From the NCBI RefSeq assembly GCF_002105155.1, contig NW_019028999.1, forward strand, positions 62,001 to 126,000: a DNA stretch of 64,000 bases, given 5' to 3'. A program made the position numbers and the translations under genes. The DNA is from Lobosporangium transversale (lineage: Eukaryota). Numbering within the stretch: position 1 is the stretch's first letter; each line of letters starts with the position of its first letter. Shown here one piece after another: positions 18,640-31,474 of this stretch. The notes below the pieces were generated by a model, which was given only the letters and a program-made list of their open reading frames with translations, was not told the origin of the DNA and did no database searches.

Positions 18640-19699
18640 GGCAATCACATTTGGATCCTTACTCTCGATCAGTTCTAGAAGGGTTGGTGGCTATAAAAGA
18701 AAGGTTTAAAAAGGAGTCAGAAAAAGATAGAATGGATACAGTTTCTGATGAGGTCGTAAAAGTTTCCGAGCGGTCAGGTTGACACTATCGGAGACAGATC
18801 CTCCAGCCTGCCATCCTTGAAGTTGATGTTGGTATCCAGAAGATTAGCTCAAAGATTGGTAGATGGCTGTGACAAATAAAAAGATACAAAGTCTAATTTG
18901 ATTGTTCATCGCATCACAGGAATGTTCAGGTGCTGGCTGCTGGCTGGGATCATAAATTTTCTTTTTGTGACAGTGAATTTTGGATCTGTGGCTGAATATG
19001 CTGAAAGATCTCTAAGAAAAAAAAAAAAAAAAAAAAAAAAAGCGACAGCAGAAAGGTAACTGATGGCAAAGGCTTACTTGATGAAATGCAATGACCATAC
19101 AGCGACTGAAAACTAATTCAATCATTCACAGTAAGCATTACAGGTAATGCTTTAGACACTCCTTCAATTCATTAACTACACACCCATACTGAAGCAACCT
19201 TTGCCGCGTCCCGAGACAAAATTACTATTTTTTTTTAATGAAAAATAGTCGCGTTATTCAAGTGTTTATATGACCTGACACTGTTCTTTTCTTTCTCTCT
19301 CCTATTCTCTCTTTTTCTTTTCTATTCTTTTTCTTTCTTCCTCTTTTTTTTTTTTTTTTCTATTTCTTTTTTTCTTTTTTCTTTTTTTTTTTTTTGTCTT
19401 TTTATAATTTATAAACGTATTGTTTTATGTATGACAAGTATTAGTCATCCTCAAAGAAAAGAAGAAGAAGAAGAAGAGATTACAGAACAAAAAGAAAAGG
19501 CCAAACCAACAAACGCGATAATTTTAAATTTTTCGGCCTCTCTTTTCGCATTACTTCCTGCTAAGACCGCGGTCTTCTCTACTCTGACAACAATCTAAAG
19601 CAGGACATCAAACCAAGAATCATTTATAAATCATCAATTAAGCACAATCAATCACAAAACACATCACATTCAGCCAGACCAACAACATTAGTCGCAACT

Positions 19700-19736
<37 letters not shown>

Positions 19737-19804
19737 GCGAGAGAGGAACAAACAAGTAATAGCAAAAGAGAGTAAGAGAGTGATCAACAGCCTGACAGAA
19801 ACTT

Positions 19805-20378
19805 ATGGTTGAATCGCCAGAACCAGCCTCAGGCACAAGAGGCCCTCGCAATAGACGACAGCCTTCGCGACAGCCTTCACCTACCCCATCCTCGCGACCA
19901 CGGAGATCAAATGCGAGAGCATCAGGTCCACCACCTGTCACAACCATCAAGAAGGAAGAGCCAGCCAGGAAAAGACGTCCAAGCAGTATGGAAGCAAGCA
20001 ATCTTGAAGATAGCGCTAATGATGATGATGAAGAAAATGCAGAGGAACGGGATGAAGATGAGCAAGGAGAGGGGGAAGGAGAAGAAGGAGAGGAGGGAGA
20101 GGAAGAAGTCGAGGATGAGAAAGAACCAGTCCCAACAAAAAGACCAGGACGACCATCGCGATCAAAACGACCTATCAGGAATGGCAGATCGGTAACCAAG
20201 TCTCGTCCTCAGGGAGACGGGGATGTAGTAGAGAATAATCAGGCTTCTACAGATAAAGCTGATGGTGGAGCCACAGAGGAGCAGGCTGAAGAGGATCCGG
20301 AAGAAAATGAAGGAGAAATTGAAGAAGCCGGCGAGGCTAAAATCACAAAAGATGGCGAACTTCTAGGAGGTAAATCAA

Positions 20379-20413
<35 letters not shown>

Positions 20414-22553
20414 ATCCACTCTCACTCGCACATTCCTGTCGTACAAGAACAGTGCAGAGCTTTATTATTTATGCCTCCTTTTACCAAATTTAATTAACAT
20501 TCGTCAGGTCGTGAATATAAATGCCGAAGTTTCAGGATGCCAAACAGAGGGAGTAGAATCTATATGCTCTCAATGGACCCTGCCCGTGTTCTTGGCTTTA
20601 GAGACAGCTATCTCTTCTTCTTGAGGAACCCATCACTCGTGCGTATCAATACAACGGTAGAAGAGAGGACATGGATGATTGAAAACGGAATGTTAATGGC
20701 CAACTTCAAGTCAAAACTGATCGCTGTTGTAACTGCACGATCGATCTTCAAAATGTTTGGACATCGTATTATCAAACGAGGAAGGAGCAAAATTGACGAC
20801 TATTATGAATCGCGCGCTGTCGAGGATGATGTTGGAGATGAGTCTGATGAAGACATGGCTGGCGATCCAGATGGTTCACAGGGCAGTGGCACCCATGAGG
20901 ATGGAACACAGGGCCGGCGGAAACACACACTATTTCATACAGACGAACCAGTTCGTCAGGTGACGGACCTCAATTGGATGTATGAAAGCGCCATGGCAGT
21001 TCGCTCATTAAATACCCAATTGAGAACATTGCGACAGGAGAACCCAAAGTTTCTGGACCCACACACCAATATTGAGCAGATCCCTGCTGCGAAACAACCA
21101 ACGCGATGTGAAGTTGTTCCAGTACTACAGTCCAAGAAAGAGGCACCCTCAGCTATTCAATCAGAAAACACGCTGAATCAGACTGTATTATCGATCCCAC
21201 ATTCGATTGGACCACAGGTCGATGCCGTAGTAAAAGTTGAAATCAAAGAAGGAGTACCTCCACCGCCTATCATTCAGGATCCAGCTGTATGGGCAGTTAT
21301 TCCTGAGGATATTCGCAAGGCATTAGAGATCGCTGAGGCAACTAAACCAAAGGATGAAGAAAATGAAGACCTTGCAAAGTTCCCTCTGTCGCTTATGGAT
21401 GGGCAATATCAAGCCGCCTTTCCAATGTGAGTCGAATAGGCCAGACTGATCCTTTATTTTATTTTATTTTATTTTATTGTATCTTACCTCCTTATAACCA
21501 TGCGTTATTATGCTTCGAGACTAATCTATTATGCCTCTCTTTTGGACGGTAGACATCAAGCTCGGTTCCAACAGCCATATAGGGTGGTGTTACCACAGAG
21601 CATGGCACCTTTTGCTCATTATCTCCATCAACTTTATACGACCCAATCTCGCGGTGAAGTGGGGCCAACCATGGAGCAAGCCACAGTCCTTGGACAGGGA
21701 GATGCGAGGGCTCTTCAATGGCAACAACAACATCAGCTTCAGCAGCAGCAAATGCAGCTTCATCAAAAGCAGATCAAAAATCAACAGCAACAGCAACAGC
21801 AACAACAACAACAGATACAGGACCAGCCCAACAAGAAGTTGGAAACCCCTCCAGTAGGTGAACCAAACCATGCTCCATAGTATTGAGGCCGTTATAGCCG
21901 TCTAAATCCCCCACGGGCCTGAATCATTTCAAAACTTACAATGACAAACGCTATGTTTCTATTCTAGTCGCAGGGAATATATTGTGGTGCGCCCTTGAAG
22001 ACAGGCCATGGATACTGTCAGCGACTTGTCAGCGCACAAGGTGAGCGATGCCCGAACCATCGCGGGTCGCAGACAAGTCAGCCAGGCACACCACAAGCCA
22101 ATGGCAAATTACAGGTATAGAGACTTTATTAGGGCATATAGCCTTTACCTCAAAAAGGAGTTCTTATTTCTGCTACTTACCATGAGCCATTGACCACTAA
22201 TTCTGCTACCCAACATTTTTTTAGGGAATTTGTGGTGAATGTAACCAAGCAATAGCACCCCATACAGCAGTGCCGGCAGATAAGCCCTTGCCATGCCCTA
22301 TGTCGTATCTCAATACTTGTAAGACATGCTCCAATAGTTTCCACCCGGTTTGTCTGCAGCTGGATACGGCCAGAATCGTGTCTGCTATTGCCTCCTATCC
22401 ATGGCAATGTAATGACTGTAAGCTTTGCGTCGTTTGCATGGAAGCTGGTGATGAGGCTTCATTGTTAATTTGCGATGATTGTGATCGTGGTTGGCATATG
22501 AGCTGCTGCGATCCTGCTATCAGAGAAGTTCCCAGAGGTATGGTGTATTCAAC

Positions 22554-22591
<38 letters not shown>

Positions 22592-22642
22592 TAAAAATCT
22601 CTATAATACCTATAATATGGTGTGAATACTTATTGACAATTG

Positions 22643-22674
<32 letters not shown>

Positions 22675-22828
22675 GGTGAGTGGCTCTGCTCCTTCTGTGC
22701 GATGTGCCATTCATGTCGTGGTGCTGAAATACCAGGTACAAGATACAAACACGCTATTGCAAACCCTACAGGAGCAAACAAATATCCTACATATCTTTGC
22801 ACCTACTGGTAAGGTTAAACTGCAATCA

Positions 22829-22860
<32 letters not shown>

Positions 22861-23520
22861 GCCCTCTGACTTTCGCTCTTTACTTTCACTTGACTACATG
22901 ATGTTAGCATTAACTGTCACGACAGCTTTACAAAGGGGCGGTATTGTCCAGTCTGCTTACGGACATATCGCGGTGATGGTGGGGAGGACGACTCGGATGC
23001 GGTAGGAGAGGATGAGAACAATATGGTCTGCTGTGACGAGTGCAACCGTTGGGTTCATATGGATTGTGATGGTGAATTATCTGAGGACAAAGTTGAAGAG
23101 ATGGGCCAGGACGAAAGTTTGAAGTACACTTGTCCACCATGCTCTGGCAAGGTTGTTCCACTTCGACCGGGGCTGGCTCCTGTGAACGTAACACAAGAAG
23201 TAATCTTGCAAAGTCTTCATGGTCAGACTATCCCACAGCCCAAGGTTTGTGGTATCCTTGGTGGTAAGATGCGCGTTCGTGGACTGATGGAGCACCAAGG
23301 CAAGAAAGTTGGTATCCCTGAAATCATTGGTACAGGGGTTGAGTATGATCGGAAGATGGTTTCAGAACTGACAGCGCTCAAGAACAAAGGTTCAGCAGCT
23401 TTCAGACGGAGGCGAGGCCGACCCATGACAAAGAGCCCTGCAGCAGGTGTCCGTCGTGCTTCTATTGCATCTTCAACCTCTTCGTCTCTGTCATCTTTGA
23501 CTGGATCTGTGGATAGTTAG
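19805..23520 (+). CDS. Chromatin-remodelling subunit: Rsc7/Swp82-type domain plus multiple PHD fingers (PHF10-like); exons 19805-20369, 20508-21426, 21553-21853, 21968-22114, 22225-22537, 22676-22808, 22908-23520
   Basis: Rsc7/Npl6 motifs KITKDGELLGGREYKCRSF, YMLSMDPARVLGFRDSYLFF and VVTARSIFKMFG; double PHD (HPVCLQL...WQCNDCKLCVVC...CDDCDRGWHMSC...GEWLC); further PHD CPVC...CDECNRWVHMDC...YTCPPC. Confidence 0.85.
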
Positions 23521-23716
23521 TGAACATTTTTTTTTTTACTTACTTTCTGTTTTGTTTTGTTTTTTTTTTTTTTTTTTTGTGATGTTTAGTCATACAATGC
23601 AATAATACAAACCTAATTCAGCCTACAAAACTTGGAAGAGCCAAGGCCTCTTGATAAGCATTGTTGACTCCCAGAACTCGACATCAGGTTCTCATTCATT
23701 CATGTATATTTTAAAG

Positions 23717-23766
<50 letters not shown>

Positions 23767-23928
23767 GAAAGCAGAAACTCTCGAGCAAAGCGATTTGCAC
23801 CAAACATTTTTATTTCTCTTACATCTACTTTGTGTGATAAAATCACTACCTCTTGCTATTCTGATATGAGTGAGCGTTTTATCAAAGAGAGTTTCTATAT
23901 TTTTCGACCTTTTCACGTTAGTTGGGCG

Positions 23929-25316
23929 CTAGAAGCATTTATGGTGAACAATTGAAGGACCATCCTCATTGTACTCGTTTATAGAGATCCACATCCCTTG
24001 GAAGGTTGAGAGTGAAGCTAGATTGGAGCCTCCGATCCAGGCAGAATACTTGCGTTCTGGAGGAGCAATGACTTTGAGCTGCACGGAGCTAGGTGCAAGC
24101 TTAGCGAGCTCGTTCTGGATACGGTCACCAAGGTTAGAGTACATGGTGGTACCGCCAGACAGAACAACGTTTCCGTACAATTCACGACGGATACCAATAT
24201 CTGAAGCCATGATAGACTTGGAGATGGCCACGTGGATACCATCACCTTCATGTCCAAAAAGTGATGGCTGAAAGAGTGCTTCAGGAGTACGGAAACATTC
24301 GCTTGTGAGGGTAACGAGATGGCCATCAGGAAGCTCATATGTCTTGTCAAGAGCTGATGATGAAGCAGCGGTCTGTATCTCTTGTTCATAGTCCAAGGCA
24401 ACATAGCAGAGCTTCTCCTTGATGTCACGGACAATCTCACGCTCAGCAAAGGTAGAGAAAGAGTAACCACGCTCCACGAGGAGCTTCATGAGGTAACCAC
24501 TCAAGTCACGGCCAGCAAGGTTGAGACGTTGAGTGGCAAAGGGAAGAGTATAGCCTTCATAAATTGGGACAACATGAGTGGTATTATGACCAGAGTCGAG
24601 GACAACACCAGTGGTATGACCTGAAGCATACAATGACAAGGCAGCCTGATTGGAGGGATAGAAGCCAGGGACCTTAAAGATTTCGAACATAATCTGAGCC
24701 ATCTTTTCACGGTTAGGCTTGAGATTGAGAGGAGCCTCGGGTCAAGAGAACAGGGTGTTTCTCAGGGTCAACACGGAGTTCATTGTAGAAGGTATGGTGC
24801 CAAATCTTCTCCATATCATCCCAGTCAATAATACCATGCTCAATAGGGTGCTTCAATGTGAGCAAACCACATTTCTTTTGACCCTCATTTCCGACATAGG
24901 TGTCCTCCTGTCCCCATGCCGGCCATGGTAACCTTGTGACGGGGAACACCGAGGATCTATTGTGCCAATGATGAAGATATTAAACAAAATAAGTAAATCG
25001 CTGCTTGGTCAGTCATTGTTGTGAATTGCTCCAACAGTATCAAACTACTAACATGGTAGCTCATCCACAGAGCTTCACAACATTATCGGATTAATTTTGC
25101 TTACAGAAGGGAAAACAGTACGAGGACCATCATCTCCAGCGAAGCCGGCCTTGCAAATGCCGAAACCATTATGAATAATTATGGCAGTAGCTTTGCTTCC
25201 CTATAAAACCCATTATTTAGTTGAGAAAAAGCGAGCATTAAGGTGCAAAAGTCGGACTGAAGCATGTCTCAAGGACCCAGTGCATGCTGTAGCAATGATC
25301 AAAATAGCCTTACCAT
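23929..25316 (-). pseudogene. Divergent actin paralog (copy 3) with two +1 frameshifts; coding exons 25314-25316, 25105-25200, 23929-24956
   Basis: Colinear with the canonical actin, with the same intron positions; extra base in the C run at 24912-24915 and in the G run at 24739-24741; D11H and S14F in the P1 loop. It could be intact if the indels are assembly errors. Confidence 0.8.
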
Positions 25317-26993
25317 TCTATGATGGTTGGAATCGGAAGGATATCAAAGAAGAGGATAGAAAAATTATAACAAAGTTAAGACAGAAAACCAGCTGTTAGT
25401 ATCCTTCATTTTATGTATGTATGTGTGTGAGAAGGAGAACCATGAAAGCTTTAAGGACCCTCCTCTAAACGAAGGCTCGAGTAAGAGAAAAATAAAAAAT
25501 AAAAAAAGAGAGATGACCGGTGGTTATGAACAAGCACATATTCATTCCTATCCAGATAACAATGATTGCGTCTCTGCGTTCTGGAAGTAAAGCGAATTAT
25601 TTATCATCTTGTGGATAAAGAAGAAAAGCGGACATAGGCGATGTAAAAGCTTTTTGGCAGTCGCAATAGGTCAAGCAGTTTGTTCGATGTCGACATCAAA
25701 AAGTGATCGTGTATTGCAACATGCAGGTGTAGTAAACACCAGGCATGTTGATAACACAGGGTATAAAATGAAGTATAAGGATAAGATGAAGGACCCTTGC
25801 GAACGACTGATATGTTCAAGACGTGGCTAACACCCAAGGATATAGGCTGTAGCATACTTTGACATTTAGATATGTGGATGAAAGAGAAAGAGAATAAAGA
25901 AAAAATAACAATAATAAAATAAAGAATGGTAAACTGTAGCACCGATTTTTCTCTCTATACTATTGCGTCATATCGAAAATATTATGACAGCCAATTGCTT
26001 AGTAGCTGTAGGCTTTAGCTGCAGCCTCCACCAAGGAAAGATATCAGGTATCTTAGAATATTCAGGACTGGCCCGACAATAACAAGAACTGGAGAGTGAA
26101 GGAGACTTGGGTAGGGGCTGGAGGAACAGTGAATTAGTATGCTATGCTTTTAAGTAATTCTCGGTGGAAGCCACAATCCTCCCAGATGCAAGGAGCAGTC
26201 AAGGTGGTGAAGACCAGAAAAGCATATGTTGAAGGTTCATGATCTACAATCTTTTATAAGATTCAATAAAAGAAACTCAAATTCGTTGCTATGGGATCCT
26301 CCATCTCTTATTTGTTTTGGTTTTAGCTACGATGTCCTAGGGATGCCCAGGGAAATCAATCGAAGTCATTGCTCCTCATCATTACCAACAACGGTGTGTT
26401 TGTGAAGGGATGAGATGGTTTGTTCAGGAAAGAATAGTGATGGGTACTATCCAACAATTACTTTTGGAAGAGACCACAGAGATTTATGGACAGCAACCAA
26501 TTTTTACAATGCGAGCTGACCTTATCAAGATGTTCGGGGGCCTAGGTCAACGTAGGTTGAGCTTGAACGCTTTCAGAGATCGTATCAAAGGCTCTAAGTT
26601 CAAGGGGTACTATACGCATTCTAGAAACGTAAGGAAGTGCTTCCGCAGTCGGGTAAATATGGAAGTCCGAAGTCCTTACTATATTACAGTTCATGGTATA
26701 TTTCTCGCGTCTTACAAGTTAATATGCTACAAACCCATTTATAGCGTGGCTTTCTACGTTTTATTTTAGGAAGCTTTCAAACTGGATGACTTGCACCAGA
26801 TGATTTTATTGAACAAACACTCTCACCACAATGAATGGTACCAGTAAAGCAGGAGATATAAAAGATAACAGAATATTGATCCGAGCCGCCATTCGAGACG
26901 CGTTTCTCCGTGTGGTTACGCCATTGCTTCCTGATATGTATGTCCTTTCAGAGAGAGCATCCATTCTTTCAATCTATCCATGCTAGTTGGGTG

Positions 26994-28369
26994 CTAAAGG
27001 CATTTACGGTGGACAATTGAAGGGCCTTCCTCCTCGTACTCCAGCTTAGAGATCCACATCTGTTGGAAGGTTGAGAGTGAGGCAAGAATGGAGCCTCCGA
27101 TCCAGACAGAGTACTTGCGTTCTGGAGGAGCAATGACCTTGATCTGCATGGAGGCAGGTGTAAGGGGAGCAACCTCCTTATGGATACGGTCAGCAAAATT
27201 AGAAAACAAGGTGGTGCCACCAGACAGAACAATGTTTCCGTACAAACCACGACGAATATCAACATCCGTTTTCATGACAGAGTTGAAGACGGTCTCGTGG
27301 ATACCATCACCTTCATGGCCAAAAAGTGAGGGCTGGAAGAGTGCTTCAGGGGCACGGAAACGTTCGTTTCCGATGGTAATGACCTGACCATCAGGAAGCT
27401 CATATGATTTCTCGAGAGCTGATGATGAAGCAGCGGTCTGCATCTCTTGTTCAAAGTCCAAAGCAACATAGCAGAGCTTCTCCTTGATGTCACGGACGAT
27501 TTCACGCTCAGCAGAGGTAGAGAAAGAGTAACCACGCTCCATGAGGATCTTCATGAGGTAATCAGTCAAGTCACGGCCAGCAAGATCGAGACGGAGGACA
27601 GCGTGGGGGAGAGCATAACCTTCATAAATAGGGACAGCATAGGTGGCATTATAACCAGAGTCGAGGACAATACCAGTGGTACGGCCCACAGCCACCAAGG
27701 ACAAAGCAGCCTGGTTAGAGAGATAGAAGGCAGGGACATTGAAGGTATCGAACATAATCTGAGTCATTCTTTCACGATTAGGCTTAGGATTGAGAGGAGC
27801 CTCGGCCAAGAGAACAGGGTGTTCCTCAGGGGCAACACGAAGCTCGTTGTAGAAGACATGCTGCCAGATCTTCTCCATATCATCCCAACTGATGACATTA
27901 CCATGCTCATTTGGTTGCTTCAAGGTGAGGATAGCACGTTTTTTTTGAGCCTCGTCTCCAACATAAGTGTCCTTCTTATCCTTGCCAGGCGAGCCGACAA
28001 CCTGTTGTGTCGATGATCAAGATACCAATGACACAAGTAAAACGCTTGGGTCAGCTACCGTCATGGTTTGCTCCAAAAGCATTAGGCTACTAAAGTAATT
28101 TTTGCCATGATCACAAAAGCGTCACAACAATCACAACATTATCTGATTCATTTCACTTACGGCGGGGAAAACAGCACGAGGGGAATCATCTCCAGCGAAA
28201 CCAGCCTTGCACATGCCGGAACCACTATCAATAACCACGTTAACAATCCCGCTTTCCTGCAGAATTCATTATTTAGTGAAGAAAAAGGTGAGGAAATAGT
28301 TAATAAAAAAAAAATAAAAATAAAAAGCAAAAGCAAAAAAATAAAAATTAAAAAAGGATGACTTACCAT
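26994..28369 (-). CDS. Divergent actin paralog (copy 2), intact, 368 aa, with a net 7-aa D-loop deletion; coding exons 28367-28369, 28161-28256, 26994-28001
   Basis: Spliced [70 protein letters not shown]...HRKCL; no stops or frameshifts; canonical splice sites. Confidence 0.9.
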
Positions 28370-28967
28370 TCTATTACGATTGAAGTTAGAAGGACGTCAG
28401 AGTAAGGTATAGGGGGATAAGTTAAGATAGGAAAGCAACTATTAGTGGAGTCCAAAGAGAAAAGGTATAAAAAGGAACAGCCGTCATGAGCAAACACATA
28501 TTCACTCCTCTGCAGATCGTGAAGCCGTATCTTCAAATCAAATAACACTAGCTATCATCTTGTGGGCGAAGAAAAAAATGCACGAAAAGCAGCTTAGAGG
28601 CTTTTGGCAGCTGTAATAGGTCAAGCAGCTCGCTGGATGACAATATCAATAATAATAATAATAATAGTTGCGCATCGTAAAATGCAGGCATGATAAACGC
28701 GAAGCATGCTAACAATACAGATACAGATTGTAACGACAAAGTAAAAGCATAGAAGATGAAGGAATATTGCAGATTGCTGGTAATTTCAAGGTATGGCTAA
28801 TATACAGGAACGTGGAACTGTTACATACTTCGATATATATTTAGAAATGTGGGTAAAGGGAAGAATGTAAGAGTGAACTCTCACGACCATTGTTAAGAGA
28901 ATTCAGGGACACTGCCAGTCACACTATTTAGAGTTTACACGTTTTACAAAATAATGAAGATCAAATT

Positions 28968-29154
28968 GCAAACATTCTCGCTACAATGCACAATACAGAA
29001 AAGAGGAAATAAAAATACAACGAGGAGGTACGATCTGAGTTGTCAGCCGAGACATGTTTCTTTGCACGATAACATCACTGTCTTCTGATATGTGTGTTCT
29101 ATCAAAGGGAACCTCCATTGCTCCAATTCAAGTTCAGTAGGCATTATAAGCATT
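28968..29154 (-). repeat. Orphan copy of an actin 3'-UTR plus last codons (relic of a further actin duplicate)
   Basis: Visibly aligns to 29381-29510 (ACT1 3' region) and to 26930-27004 (copy 2 3' region); begins on the minus strand with GAA TGC TTA TAA, compared with AAG TGC TTC TAA in ACT1. Confidence 0.7.
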
Positions 29155-29547
29155 CAAAAACACTCAAGGGAGTTTCTTCTGATATACGGGCGTGGATAAA
29201 CACTTTTTTTGGTCATGCAACTGGAAAAATGAGTTCAAAGGTCTGAATGACTTTACTACATGGCACATTCATCACTCTTTTTATACGAAGTTCGTACTAC
29301 AGATATTGGCAGCAGGACTCTCGACTTTTTTTTTTTTTTTTTTTTTTTTTAGGCTTTCGAACTGAATATTTTTATTGAACAAACATTCTCGCTACAATGC
29401 ACGGTATCAGTAAAAAGGGAAAATAAAAAATACAACTGAATAAGTATGATCCGAGCTGCCAGTCGAGACATATTTCCTTGCGCGATAACATCACTGCTCT
29501 TGACAAAGAGAGCTTCTACCCTTCCGGTCCATCCAGTCTTTGACCTT

Positions 29548-30977
<1,430 letters not shown>

Positions 30978-30978
30978 T

Positions 30979-31474
30979 CTATTATGATCGGAATTGGAGG
31001 GATATCAGAGTAGAGTATTGGAGGAAAATAGAAGATAGAAAAGTAATTATTAGTATTCTTCATTTTGGTTGCCAGTGTATGGGAAGGGGATCATGAGAGT
31101 TTTGAGGCTTTCCATTTCTAAAAAAAAAAAAAAGAGCGAAGCGACGGCCATGAACAGACATATGTTCATTTCTATCCAGACAACTTTGACTGGGAATCAA
31201 GCATACTAGCCATCATCTTGTGGACAAAGAAAAAAAAGGGCAAATGTGATACATAGCCTTTTGGTAGCCGTAATAGATCAAGTTGCTTTGCTTGATCGCA
31301 ACGGGTTCAAAATCAAAAATTATCACGCAGTGCAAAATGCAGGTGTGGTAAACAACGCGAGGCGCGTTGACACACTGAAAATGATACTTGTAAACATAAT
31401 AGATGATGGAGCATTGCAAACAGGTAGTAATTTCAGGGCATGGTCAATGTTCAGAAATATGGAGCTGTACATAC
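30979..31474 (-). other. Predicted 5'-UTR (leader) intron of ACT1; homologous introns at 28371-28828 and 25318-25857
   Basis: Donor ATCAAA|GTATGT at 31474 and acceptor AATAG|AATG at 30979; both sites are preserved in all three copies. Confidence 0.7.

Noticed and set aside
26410..26769. 119-aa plus-strand ORF between actin copies 3 and 2
   Set aside because: No recognisable domain; likely chance or a decayed insertion
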